Source: an uncultured Gemmataceae bacterium
Lineage (GTDB): Bacteria > Planctomycetota > Planctomycetia > Gemmatales > Gemmataceae
DNA length: 64,000 bases
Assembly (NCBI GenBank): GCA_963750165.1
Contig: CAVVPN010000003.1
Location: 1,024,001 to 1,088,000 of the forward strand
Direction of reading: 5' to 3'
Position numbers and translations under genes: made by a program
Shown: in pieces, positions 1-9,956 of the stretch
Layout: the number at the start of each line of letters is the position of its first letter
Numbering within the stretch: position 1 is the stretch's first letter
The notes under the pieces: generated by a model
Databases searched by the model: none
Told to the model about the DNA's origin: nothing
What the model saw: only the letters and a program-made list of their open reading frames with translations

Positions 1-1853
1 AAGGCCGCCGTGAACAGGGCGTTCTGTCCGCCCAGGCCGTGGCCGATGACGCCGATCCGTTTGGGATTCACCTCGGGCAGCGTTTCGAGCAGATCGATGC
101 CCCGGAGATTGTCCCAGACGGCCTTCATGGCACCGCTGGCGTATGTCGCTGTATTTTTCTTGAAATCGTAGGGGTTTTCTCCGTAAGACGGGTAGTCGGG
201 CACCAGGCAAACGTAACCGCGCCTGGCCAGTTCGTCGGCGTAGCGCAGGGCGTCGCGGCCGCCGAGCCCTGCCGGCTCGTCCTTGCCGCGCGGCGTGTCG
301 TCATGCAGGCAGAGCATGGCCGGTGCGCCGCGCTTGACGTTGTTCGGCACGAGCAAATAGGCGGTCACTCGCGAACCCAGATCCGATCCGTATGTGATCT
401 TCTTGCGGATGTAGTTGTCCGTCGCCGTCTCAGCCAGGACCTTCACGTTCAGGGGGACGCGCTGGTGAGAGTCGGGCAACACGCCCAGGACGGCCTGGAC
501 GGCGGCCAGGATGTGCGCCCGCCGCTGCCCCCAGCCGAACGGCTCGGTTATCGGTTTTTCCTTGCCCGCTTCGTCCCGGACCACCAGGAGCTTCAACCGC
601 TCCGCATAGGCGGGGAACCACAGCGGGTCTCGGGTCAGGCCCTTCGCCACGCCGCTGCCCTTGCCCAGGTTTTCCAACCAGTACAGCCCGTTCCGGCCGC
701 CGCAGACCAGGTCCAGCCGGCCGCTACCGGTGAGATCCACCGCCCTGGGGTCGAGGCCGAAACCGATGCCGTCGTTGTACGAGATCAGCCAGCGCTGCCA
801 GGTGCGCGTTTTCGGATCAAACTGATAGCGATAGGCCGCCAGCGGATCGTACTCGCCCGGGTCTCTGCCCTCGTGTGCCAGGTAGCGCCGGCCGACGATG
901 AGTTCCTTTTTGCCGTCGCCGTCCAGGTCCGCCCACAACGGGGTGTGACAACCGGCCACGCTGGTGTCGATCGCATGTTTCACCCAACGAATCTGGCCGT
1001 TCTTGGTGCGCGTCTGCTGCAACCAGTAGATGCCGTAATCGTGGCCGCGAGCCCAAACAATGTCGTTGCGGCCGTCGCCGTCCACGTCCACGACCAGGAT
1101 CGGAATGCTGGCCTGATCGAGGTCGAAATCGGCGTGCCAGAGCCAGCGGCCGGTTCGGCGATCCTTGGGCGCCTCGGCCCAGCCGTTGCGGCCGACGATG
1201 TCCAGGCGGCCGTCGCCGTTGATGTCGCCGACGCCGATGCCGTGGCCGGCCAGCTCGCGCGGCAGGTCGTGCCGAAGCCATTCCGGAGTGAAGCCGCCCC
1301 CAGGGTTCGGCTGGCGGCGCAGTTCCCACCAGGCGGCGAAGTTTGCGCCGCAGGGCAGCAGCACGGGGGTGCCGTCGCCGAGCAGATCGACCAGTCTGCC
1401 GGTCTCGGAACTGCCGGGCACCGCAATGACGTGCGCCTTCCACTCCTGGCCCCGGGCGAGGTTGGCGCCGGGGTGCTCGATCCACTTGAGGCTGGACGTG
1501 CGCCAGTTGACGGTGATGAGGTCTGGCCAGCCATCGCCGTTGACATCGAGCACCTGATGGGCGTAACCGTCCGGCCTGCCGCCGCGAATCTCGACGTTGC
1601 GCAGGAAGTGCTTCTTCCAGGTGGGGGCCTCGTACCAGAAGCCGCCACAGACGATGTCGAGTTTGCCGTCCTTGTTGACATCGAAGACGGCAGCGGCCAT
1701 GAACTCGGACCTGGCGTTCAGGACATGGCGGCGAAACGCCACGTCCTCGCCATGACAACGCGACGCCGGCGCCCACAACAGCAGCGCCAGGCAAGCACCG
1801 CAACCGAGGAGGGAACGGCGCGCGTCCGACCGCGACCAGCCACGGGCGCACAT
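1..1853 (-). CDS. Secreted FG-GAP/VCBS-repeat beta-propeller fused to a C-terminal alpha/beta-hydrolase-fold domain; runs off the left edge
   Basis: Manual translation from ATG 1853 (absent from the ORF track because it has no stop in the window): signal-like N-terminus, repeated DVNKDGKLD/DVNGDGWPD/DINGDGRLD motifs, then ...LVPDYPSYG...RGIDLLETLPEVNPKRIGVIGHGLGGQNALFTAA. Confidence 0.85.
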   Translation of the reverse strand, partial: MCARGWSRSDARRSLLGCGACLALLLWAPASRCHGEDVAFRRHVLNARSEFMAAAVFDVNKDGKLDIVCGGFWYEAPTWKKHFLRNVEIRGGRPDGYAHQVLDVNGDGWPDLITVNWRTSSLKWIEHPGANLARGQEWKAHVIAVPGSSETGRLVDLLGDGTPVLLPCGANFAAWWELRRQPNPGGGFTPEWLRHDLPRELAGHGIGVGDINGDGRLDIVGRNGWAEAPKDRRTGRWLWHADFDLDQASIPILVVDVDGDGRNDIVWARGHDYGIYWLQQTRTKNGQIRWVKHAIDTSVAGCHTPLWADLDGDGKKELIVGRRYLAHEGRDPGEYDPLAAYRYQFDPKTRTWQRWLISYNDGIGFGLDPRAVDLTGSGRLDLVCGGRNGLYWLENLGKGSGVAKGLTRDPLWFPAYAERLKLLVVRDEAGKEKPITEPFGWGQRRAHILAAVQAVLGVLPDSHQRVPLNVKVLAETATDNYIRKKITYGSDLGSRVTAYLLVPNNVKRGAPAMLCLHDDTPRGKDEPAGLGGRDALRYADELARRGYVCLVPDYPSYGENPYDFKKNTATYASGAMKAVWDNLRGIDLLETLPEVNPKRIGVIGHGLGGQNALFTAA

Positions 1854-1968
1854 GGTCAAATCCTCCGATAAACTTCTTCAGGACCGGCGCGGGCCGGTGG
1901 GGTTTCCGTCACTGTACCATGCCGTCGGGGCGCTGGCCACAACCCGACAACCGGGTGTATCGATCATC

Positions 1969-2028
1969 GTAGCGGAAGTCGCCAAACTTCCGTCTAGCGC
2001 CGGGCGGAAGTCGCCAGACTTCCGCTAC
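1969..2028. repeat. GTAG-type REP doublet (GTAGCGGAAGTCGCCAAACTTCCG ... CGGAAGTCGCCAGACTTCCGCTAC)
   Basis: Two short hairpins with terminal GTAG/CTAC in an intergenic gap; a related unit lies at 26730-26781. Confidence 0.7.
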
Positions 2029-2214
2029 CCCCCGGAGGCCAGGCGCGCTATCCGGCGCTTTTTTGGGAAGAAAAAATAACCGCGGCGCGGCGACCGTCCA
2101 ATAAATCAACCAGCCTCTTGACGCGGCCGCTGCGGCCGATCAAGATGGAGGATGTTTCCCACCTACAATCAAGGGCCCTGGTTCCTACCCTGTCCGCAGC
2201 AAAAGGAGTCCGTC

Positions 2215-3271
2215 ATGTCCGACGCACCGAAGCCGTTCTGCCCTGAATGTGCCGACAGTTTCCTGCCCGCGGAGCCGATCGACCGCCGGAATTTCATCCG
2301 CGTCGTCGGCGAGTCCGCCGTGACGTTGGCGGCCGCCGGCGCCGTCGTGGGCGCCGTGCCTGGCGTCGCCAGCGCCATCGTGACGCCGACCGCCGTCCGT
2401 AACGCCCGCTCGCCGCACCCGGCCGAGGCGCTGGTCCGCGAGCTGAACGCCAGCCTGACCGCCGACCAGCGCCGCCAGGTGGTTCACGCCTGGGACGTCC
2501 AGGTCAACGGCGTGCTGATGCGGCACAAGTTCTACAACGCCCCGATGGGCCGCCGCATCGGCCAGGTGTACACGCGGCCGCAGCAGGAACTCAACGAGCG
2601 CATCCTCCGCGCTATGGCTGGCGACGCGGACGGCTATAGTCAGGCTGACGCGCGGCGGCACCTTCGACAACAGCCGGACGTTCGATGCGTGCGGCGCCGA
2701 CCTGTTCGGCGACGTGAACGGCGAGCGCTGGGCGTGGGTGTTCACCGGCCACCACATCACGGTGCGCTGCGACGGCAACACCACGCCGGACGTGGCGTTC
2801 GGTGGGCCGATTTACTACGGCCACAGCCCGGACGGCTACTCGAGCCGCAACATCTTCAACTACCAGACGCGGAGCGTGATGAGCCTGTTCGAGGCGCTGA
2901 CGGCGCAGCAGCGGCAGACGGCGGTGGTGGTCGGCACGCCGGGCGAGCTGGAGGCGTCGGTGCGCTTCCGCGCGAACGGTCGGCGCCCGGGCATCCCGGC
3001 GAGCGAACTGACGCTGGCGCAGAAGCAGTTGGCCCGCGCGGTGATGCGGACGCTGATTTCGCCGTACCGCCGCGAGGATGCCGACGAGGTGATGGAGTTG
3101 CTGGGCCGCAATGGCGGCATGGACAGCATCCACTTCGCGTTCTACCGTGAGGCGAACGCCAATGACAACGCCCGCTGGCACTTCTGGCGGCTGGAAGGCC
3201 CGTACTTCGTGTGGAACTTCCGCGTGCTGCCGCACGTCCACACGTATGTGAGCATCGCCGGCCGCGCGTAA
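2215..3271 (+). CDS. DUF3500-family protein with Tat-like signal (frameshift near 2640)
   Basis: RRNFIRVVG twin-arginine leader; WVFTGHH...FGGPIYYGH and WRLEGP...PHVH motifs; ORFs 2152-3150 and 2714-3271 join by one frameshift. Confidence 0.75.
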
Positions 3272-3277
3272 TCGCAG

Positions 3278-3383
3278 GGAATTAGCCACAGAGGACACAG
3301 AGGACACAGAGAGGAAAAGAGGAAGACGAATAATTCCTCCTCTTTTCCTCTCTGTGTCCTCTGTGTCCTCTGTGGCTAATTCC
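3278..3383. repeat. Perfect 46-bp inverted repeat built from 9-mer units (CACAGAGGA)n
   Basis: Arm 3278-3323 is the exact reverse complement of 3338-3383, with a 14-nt loop; same family at 44118-44315. Confidence 0.95.
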
Positions 3384-3462
3384 TCATGCTCGGAGAGGAG
3401 TGATTGAGGCGTCCACTTCTATAATGAGGGGGAGTGTCCGACCCACGCAAGAGGAATCGTTC

Positions 3463-4521
3463 ATGAGACTTTCCCCGCGCTGCCTGTTGGTCCTGCCCCT
3501 GCTCACCACGCTGCCCGCGCTCGCCGGCGGCCCCGGCGATGACTGGCAAAAGCTCGAAAGCGTCCACCTGAAGCACATCAAACAGCTGACGCACGCCTTC
3601 GCCCGCGCCGGCGAAGGCTACTTCTCACCAGACGGCAAGACGATCATCTTCCAGGCGGAAGAAAAGGTGACGGGCAATCCGTTTTATCAGATTTTCGTGA
3701 TGGACCTGGCGACGGGCAAGATGCGCCGCGTCAGCCCTGGCGTTGGCAAGACGACCTGCGCCTTCTTTTCGCCGGACGGCAAGAAAATCATTTTCGCCAG
3801 CAGCCACCTCGACCCGGACGCAAAAAAGCACTACGCCGAGGAACTCAAGCAGCGCGCCGAGGAGAAGAAGGCAAAGAAGCGCCGCCGCTATCAGTGGGAC
3901 TTCGACCCGTACATGGAAATCTTCGAGGCGAACCTGGACGGCACCGGTCTGAAGCGGTTGACCGATTCGCCGGGCTACGACGCGGAGGGTTCCTATTCGC
4001 CGGACGGCAAGCACATCGTCTTCTGCTCGAACCGCACCGGCGCGAAGAACCTGGAGCTGTTTATCATGGACGCGGACGGCAAAAACGTGCGGCAGCTGAC
4101 GAAGGCGCCGGGTTGCTACAACGGCGGCCCGTTCTTCTCGCCGGACGGCAAGCGCGTGATCTTCCGCAGCGACCGCAAGAAGAAGGACCACCTGCAGCTA
4201 TACGTCATCAACCGCGACGGCAGCGGCGAGCGTGCCCTGACCGACGACGAGAACTGGGTGTTCTGGGCACCGTACTGGTACGACAACCGCCACATCATCT
4301 ACACGGCCGCGGACCACAGCAATCCGTTGCAGCGGCCGAACTATGACCTGTACTGGATGGACATCGACACGGGCAAGAAAGTACGGCTGACGTTCGCGCC
4401 CGGCGCGGACGTGCTGCCAGTGTTCAGCCCGGATCGCCGCCGCGTGATGTGGACCTCGACGCGCGACGGCCGTTCGCCGGCCCAGCTGTATATTGCGGAT
4501 TTCGTGCCGCCGAAGGAGTGA
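3463..4521 (+). CDS. TolB-like PD40-repeat secreted beta-propeller protein
   Basis: Signal peptide and repeated FSPDGK..I.F.S motifs. Confidence 0.9.
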   Translation: MRLSPRCLLVLPLLTTLPALAGGPGDDWQKLESVHLKHIKQLTHAFARAGEGYFSPDGKTIIFQAEEKVTGNPFYQIFVMDLATGKMRRVSPGVGKTTCAFFSPDGKKIIFASSHLDPDAKKHYAEELKQRAEEKKAKKRRRYQWDFDPYMEIFEANLDGTGLKRLTDSPGYDAEGSYSPDGKHIVFCSNRTGAKNLELFIMDADGKNVRQLTKAPGCYNGGPFFSPDGKRVIFRSDRKKKDHLQLYVINRDGSGERALTDDENWVFWAPYWYDNRHIIYTAADHSNPLQRPNYDLYWMDIDTGKKVRLTFAPGADVLPVFSPDRRRVMWTSTRDGRSPAQLYIADFVPPKE

Positions 4522-4719
4522 TGGTCCGCCGCTTGCGGCATAGTGGTCCGTACCGCGCAATTAACTGGAGGGTTGGGGGTGACGGCCTGGGACCGTAGGA
4601 CGGCTCTCCAGAGCCGTCCCGCTCACCCCGGGACGGCTCTGGAGAGCCGTCCTACGAACGATCCCGCAACCCTCCAGATTACTTGCGGTACGAACCACTT
4701 AGCCGCAAGCGGCGGACCA
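4522..4719. mobile_element. Nested palindromic element: CCGCAAGCGG-type REP, enclosing a MITE (4543-4698), enclosing a GTAG-REP doublet (4594-4656)
   Basis: Outer arms TGGTCCGCCGCTTGCGGC / GCCGCAAGCGGCGGACCA; middle imperfect TIRs of about 32 bp (GTGGTYCGTACCGC...CTGGAGGGTTG) flanked by ATA/TTA; inner CGTAGGACGGCTCTCCAGAGCCGTCCC inverted pair. Confidence 0.8.
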
Positions 4720-4727
4720 GCTGGGTT

Positions 4728-5267
4728 TCAGCCGCCCACCTTGCCCGAAGGCCCCTGACCGCGGGCCCGCTCCCACTCGCGGCGCACCTGGTTCAGCCCG
4801 AAGGCGAACACCTCGAACTCCTCGCTCAACCGTCGCAGCACCGGCGCCTCCTCGCGGTACGGATCCTCCGCGAACGTGCTGGCGATGTAGTACGAGCGCT
4901 TGCCCTGCTCGCAGTAGTCAATGAACTGGTCCTTCGTCAACGCCGAGCGCAGCCGCTTCAGCGCCTCGGGATAGACTCCCGTCCAGAACAGGGTGAAGTC
5001 GCCGATCTGGCGGTGATATTCGCGACGGGTGCGACCGCCCGGCGGCAGCGCCTCCGCCTCCAGCAGCATGTCCGCCACCTCGCCCAGCTGCCGGCCCTGC
5101 GAATCCTTCAGCCGAAACACCGCGTCCATGTGAACGAAACGCGACAGCAGCGTGGACAGGTAATCCACCAACGGCGGATCGCCCACGCCCAGCGTGGCCA
5201 TCAAGGTTTGCTCCGTCAAACCGGCGAACAGGCGCCGCAAGGGGTGATCGGGGTCGTAGTACCACAT
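4728..5267 (-). CDS. Conserved hypothetical protein
   Basis: 179-aa ORF with normal composition; GDFTLFWTGVYPEAL and DYCEQGKRSYYIAS segments; co-oriented with the pilM cluster. Confidence 0.75.
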   Translation of the reverse strand: MWYYDPDHPLRRLFAGLTEQTLMATLGVGDPPLVDYLSTLLSRFVHMDAVFRLKDSQGRQLGEVADMLLEAEALPPGGRTRREYHRQIGDFTLFWTGVYPEALKRLRSALTKDQFIDYCEQGKRSYYIASTFAEDPYREEAPVLRRLSEEFEVFAFGLNQVRREWERARGQGPSGKVGG

Positions 5268-5470
5268 AACGTTACCTCATCTGCGTGCGCCTTGGGCGTC
5301 CTCTCCCAAGGCTGGCGCGCTTTATAGCGCTTGTCAAGATTTCGTCAAACCCAACTCATCCTTAAAGCGCGCAAGCAGGTGCAAGTTGCGCGGCCGCCGG
5401 CAAATGGGGAAAAGAAGCGGCCCACGGAAAACCGTGGGCCGCGCGGTGACTTCGGTAATCGGCGCCGCGG

Positions 5471-7759
5471 TCAACCGCCGCCCTTCTTGCCGCCAGGGCC
5501 GTCCTTCTTGTCCGGCGGCGGGAACGACGCCGTTCGCACCTTGTACAGCCGGTCCGCCCACACGGTGTAGCGCTCGCGCCGCTCAAAAGCGTGTGTGCCG
5601 GGCACGGTGTCCGCGTTGCGGTCGTCGCGGCTGTTGCGCACGGTCAGTTTGCCGTCCGGGCCCAGCAGCATCATCTCCAGCGAGGAATTGGTCCCGAAGT
5701 CATCCAGCCGGCCCTTGTACTGCCGGACACCACGGCGGCCGCCCTCGAAGTCCACCACCACCGGCGCGAGGTCGTCCTCGTCCTCGTCGGCCTTGCGCTG
5801 CAGGAAATTGACCGGCACGCCGACCGGCACGATGTCGTAGCGCACCTTCTTGACCTTGGCCTTGGGGTCGATGTAGCCCGTGCCGATCTCGAAGCCGCCC
5901 CTGTCGCCGTTCAGGTTGGGGTTCCATACCGGCACCTCCACCTCGATCCCCCGCTTGTCGCGGCCGATCTTGTCGCCGCGCTGCACCAGCACCCGTTCCG
6001 CGATCACCCAGTCGGCGATGGTGTACGTCGTCCGCGGATCGACCGGATCCTGGGCCACGCCAACCCACTGGTGAATCTGCACCGGGGCCTTGTCGGAGGT
6101 GAACTCCTTGTAGTCCACCGAATTCCCCTCGCGGCGCAGGTACGTGGCCAGTTTCTTCGCATCCGTCTTGCCGATCTGATCGGGGTCCGTCTGGTCGAAG
6201 ACGTAGAACTGATACTCGCGCGGGATGGTGATCGGCGGCGTCTCGGTGAACCGATCCTTATCCACCAGCACCTTGCTGGCGGACACGTCCGGGTGGGTCA
6301 CCAATTCGTCCTGCTTGTAATTGGGATTGGCGAACACCACCTGAATCTTGTACTGGTAGGTCGCGCCGGGCTGCACGCCCACGTCAATGAAACGGATCAG
6401 CGCCCTGCCGTTCTCGGGGTATCCCTCATTGAACGCGTAACCATTGTTCGCGTCCTTATTGGCTCCGCCGGTCGCGCCCTGCGGCCTGCCGCTATCGCCA
6501 TACTTGCGCCGCTTGCCACCGGGCTGGAAAGCATTGCCCTTGTTTTTATTCTCGTCCTTGGTGGAGTCGGTGTCCTTGACCGGCTCCGGCGGCTCCTCAT
6601 AAACGCCATCCGGTGACACCACGTTCATGTTGCCGGTGAACTGGTCCTGCAACTTCTCAGGCAGATCCTTGAACTTCACCCGCTCCGTCGCCCGCTTGTC
6701 GCCCTGATCACCGCCGAGTTCGCCCGGCTGCTTCCGCTTGCCGAACTTGTTACCCACGCCGCTATCGCCCATCCCCTTGGGCCGGACGATCCCCCCCGGG
6801 CCTTCCTTGCGCCCGTCGCTCAGCGGTAGTGGCGTGATGCCGGCCAGCTTCGGCTCGGGGTAGTCGCCGGAGGTCAGCTCGAGCAGCGGCGTGGCCGCGT
6901 TGGGCGCCAGGTTCGCCTTCAACTGCGTGATGTTGTCCTCGTCGATCACCGCCTCTTCCAGGAAGTCCTTGATGTGCTTGGCGGCTTCCACGCGGTCCCG
7001 CTTTTCCCCCTCAACAAAGGTGTATAGCGGCTCCCAGGTCGCGTCCTTGGGCGACTGGCCGGGCAGCGTCACGGCGCGGAGCACGTTGATGCCGCGGAAC
7101 TGCGGTTGCAGGTTCTTGTCGAACAGGTCCTTCTCCGCGCCGATCCGCAGCGCCTTCTTGAAATTCTCGACCTGCAACTTGTACGGGAACGTCGCGGACA
7201 CAATGACCATGCGCGTCGGCCGCAGGCTGTACACCGGTGACACATTCTGCGACGCGCCGCCTTCGGGGCCCTTCTTGGGCTGCCCCTCGGGGCCCTTGTC
7301 GTCGCTCTTGTACACGGTCAACAGCTGCTTCTTGCGATCGACCTCGTAAACGCGGACGCCGCGAATCACGTAGTCCAGTTGCATGTTGCGCTTCTCGCCA
7401 GTGAACGGTTCGTTCACCGCCAGCAGGATCGGCTTCTCGCGCTTGTTGGTGGCGGTGCCGCTGTTGTCGAACCAGTGGGCGCTGACCCACTTGTCATAAC
7501 TCTTCAGCGGCGACACCCATTCGGGCTCCTTGGCCCGCACGGACGTGAGCGGCGGCGGCTCGGAACCTTCGATCTTCATCCGGATCGCCTCGGCGTCCTT
7601 GGCGATGGTCGGCGCCGGCGACCGGGAACTGAGCACGGCCATCACGGCCATGCCGAAGAACAGCACGAGCAGCAGGGCGGCCACACCCAGGCCGACCACC
7701 TCGCCCTTGGAGAAGAGCAACTCTTTGAGCTGTTTGGAGTCCAGTTTGAACTTGGCCAT
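5471..7759 (-). CDS. Membrane-anchored hypothetical protein of the pilM operon
   Basis: 762 aa; N-terminal TM helix; RFIDVGVQPGATYQYKI FN3-like strand; third gene of the pilM run. Confidence 0.8.
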   Translation of the reverse strand: MAKFKLDSKQLKELLFSKGEVVGLGVAALLLVLFFGMAVMAVLSSRSPAPTIAKDAEAIRMKIEGSEPPPLTSVRAKEPEWVSPLKSYDKWVSAHWFDNSGTATNKREKPILLAVNEPFTGEKRNMQLDYVIRGVRVYEVDRKKQLLTVYKSDDKGPEGQPKKGPEGGASQNVSPVYSLRPTRMVIVSATFPYKLQVENFKKALRIGAEKDLFDKNLQPQFRGINVLRAVTLPGQSPKDATWEPLYTFVEGEKRDRVEAAKHIKDFLEEAVIDEDNITQLKANLAPNAATPLLELTSGDYPEPKLAGITPLPLSDGRKEGPGGIVRPKGMGDSGVGNKFGKRKQPGELGGDQGDKRATERVKFKDLPEKLQDQFTGNMNVVSPDGVYEEPPEPVKDTDSTKDENKNKGNAFQPGGKRRKYGDSGRPQGATGGANKDANNGYAFNEGYPENGRALIRFIDVGVQPGATYQYKIQVVFANPNYKQDELVTHPDVSASKVLVDKDRFTETPPITIPREYQFYVFDQTDPDQIGKTDAKKLATYLRREGNSVDYKEFTSDKAPVQIHQWVGVAQDPVDPRTTYTIADWVIAERVLVQRGDKIGRDKRGIEVEVPVWNPNLNGDRGGFEIGTGYIDPKAKVKKVRYDIVPVGVPVNFLQRKADEDEDDLAPVVVDFEGGRRGVRQYKGRLDDFGTNSSLEMMLLGPDGKLTVRNSRDDRNADTVPGTHAFERRERYTVWADRLYKVRTASFPPPDKKDGPGGKKGGG

Positions 7760-7788
7760 CGTCGGGTTCCTTGGTTGGGCAGCCTTGA

Positions 7789-7820
7789 CCGTGGGGCAGA
7801 CATTCCTGTCTGCCCCACGG
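7789..7820. repeat. GTGG-type REP (GTGGGGCAGACATTCCTGTCTGCCCCAC)
   Basis: Hairpin; the same unit occurs as an inverted doublet at 20751-20817. Confidence 0.85.
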
Positions 7821-7850
7821 GATCGTGTTTTGGGGTTGAATTCGCCAGCC

Positions 7851-9890
7851 TCACGAGCCCGAAGTGGTCACCCGCGGCGGGTAGCGTTCGTAAAGGGTGA
7901 TGACGCCGTAGATCACCAGTTCGACATTGGTCTCGTCCTGGTTGCCGCCAGCCTGCTCGTCCTCGGCCTGCCGACCGGGGGGGCGGATGCCGGGAGGGGC
8001 TTCGCCGGCCATGTCCTCAGCCTTTTTGGGCGGCCGCATGGACTCGGGACAGCGGTTCATGACGACCTGGGTGGTCAGGAAGCGGAACTTGCAGTCCGCC
8101 AGCGCCGCCTGAATGCGGTACGCCTGCTCCTGGTCCGCGATGACCACCACGGCCACCGGCAAGCGCCGCGACTGCGGGGTCACGCCCAGGTAGCGTTTCA
8201 GGATCATGCCGTTCTCGGTCGTCTCGAAGAGGTCCGCGCCCGGGCCTCCCACCCGGGCTGGCCCTTTACCGCCCGGCCCCGGCTTCTCCCCCATGGGGTC
8301 CGCCGCCTTCGTGGCCTCCTCCTGCTTCTTGTCCACGAAGGCGGGGAAGATCACCAGCGGTTTGTTGGCGGCCCGGTGCGACTGCGCCAGCGGCGTGCCG
8401 AGGTGCAGCGCGTCAATGCGCTTGACCGCGGCCGTCTCCCAGTTGAGCACCTGTTTAACAGCGATCACCTTCTTGGGGTTGGTCACCTTCTCGTCGCTCA
8501 GATCGAGTTCCTGGGAGTAGGTGTCCTTGTGCTTCTTCTGACCGCCCACCTCCTCGATGATGCCGCGAGCGCCCAGCGGCGGCGACTTCAGCGCCGGCAG
8601 TTTCACGAACTTGCTCTTGGCCGAGTCGAACTGCACCTTGAGGAGCACCGGCAGTTTCTGGCGGCGGTCGAGCAGGTTCTTGATGGTGACGTGGACTTTG
8701 CCCTCGCTCAGCAGCTTGATTTCGAGCCGCCAGTACGGGTTCTCGAAGACCTGGGCCTGAGGGTCGTCCTTGCTCCGGCCCCTGTCGTGGAAGGCGGCTA
8801 CCTGGTCGTTGACGTGTTTGAGTTGACGGTAGATCGCGCTCGTCACCCACAGGTTCTCCTGGTAGGTCCAGGCATCCTTGGAGCTGTTGTAGACCTTGTT
8901 CTGGGACAGCTGCTTCCACTCCCTGGGCACATACGGGAAGAACCCGAAGGGGCCGCGGTTGTCGGCGACGGCGGCGCCGCCCACCTCCCCCGGGCGCCCA
9001 CGCATGCCGGGTTGCGGCATGGGGTTGCCGGGAACGGTGGCGTTATCCTGGTTGAAGAACAGTTCCGCGGGCTTCTTGCTGTAGACCCAGTTCTTGAACT
9101 GCACGAGCGGCTCGCCCAGTTCGTTCAGCGGATCAACCAGGTTCAGGATGTCCGGTACCTGCATCTGGAAGGCCGGCAACTTGTCCTGATCGAGGTTCAA
9201 CTTCGTGGCGAAGGTGTCGCGTTCTTTCTGGGTCAGGTCGTCGCCGAAGGACCGGCCGCGCTCGAAGAGGATGACCACCTTGTGGTCCTTGAAGAGCGAC
9301 AGTTCGGCGAAGAGCTTCTTGTCCGCGTCCTTGCCGCTCACGGTGATGGTGGCGGGCTTCTCGGTGCCTGGGTTGAGGAACATCCGTGGCTGCTTGTCGC
9401 CGGTGCCCAGGCCGCGGACCTTCACCCAGTTCTCGTCATAGTTCATCGCTTCCGCAGTCAGCACGCCGTGAAACACACCGGTGTAACTGCCGTCGTCCTT
9501 GGTGGCGGCCGGCGTCAGGGCCTCCGCCTTGGTTTCCGGCGGGAAGATGGTGATGAGCTTGACGTAATAGCCTTCGCGGAACTTGTCGTCGAGCGGCCCC
9601 GGCCAGGTGAACAGCCGCTCCTGGTCCTTCCAGGCGACCTCCCAGACGCTCTTTTCCAGCTTCTTGACTTCCTTCAACTCCTTCTCGGCCTGCTTGACCC
9701 ATTTCGGGTTCTTGAACCGGTCGAACTTTTTCAAATCCTTGTGGGCTGTCTCGACCTTCTTCTTCAGGGCGGCGGTTCCGACCGGCGCAACGAACATCAG
9801 GAAGACGACGGTGACCAGCGTCAAGGGCACCGCCACGGACAGCAGCACCCAGAAGCGGTGTTTCATCAGGAACTCTTTATCCATCTTCAT
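7851..9890 (-). CDS. Membrane-anchored hypothetical protein in PilO-like position
   Basis: 679 aa; N-terminal TM followed by coiled coil; directly downstream of pilM. Confidence 0.8.
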   Translation of the reverse strand: MKMDKEFLMKHRFWVLLSVAVPLTLVTVVFLMFVAPVGTAALKKKVETAHKDLKKFDRFKNPKWVKQAEKELKEVKKLEKSVWEVAWKDQERLFTWPGPLDDKFREGYYVKLITIFPPETKAEALTPAATKDDGSYTGVFHGVLTAEAMNYDENWVKVRGLGTGDKQPRMFLNPGTEKPATITVSGKDADKKLFAELSLFKDHKVVILFERGRSFGDDLTQKERDTFATKLNLDQDKLPAFQMQVPDILNLVDPLNELGEPLVQFKNWVYSKKPAELFFNQDNATVPGNPMPQPGMRGRPGEVGGAAVADNRGPFGFFPYVPREWKQLSQNKVYNSSKDAWTYQENLWVTSAIYRQLKHVNDQVAAFHDRGRSKDDPQAQVFENPYWRLEIKLLSEGKVHVTIKNLLDRRQKLPVLLKVQFDSAKSKFVKLPALKSPPLGARGIIEEVGGQKKHKDTYSQELDLSDEKVTNPKKVIAVKQVLNWETAAVKRIDALHLGTPLAQSHRAANKPLVIFPAFVDKKQEEATKAADPMGEKPGPGGKGPARVGGPGADLFETTENGMILKRYLGVTPQSRRLPVAVVVIADQEQAYRIQAALADCKFRFLTTQVVMNRCPESMRPPKKAEDMAGEAPPGIRPPGRQAEDEQAGGNQDETNVELVIYGVITLYERYPPRVTTSGS

Positions 9891-9956
9891 GGCAATGGCC
9901 CTTGGTGCTCAAGAACTCGGGACGGACACGCGGGGGGAACGCTGACCGGCCGGCGA

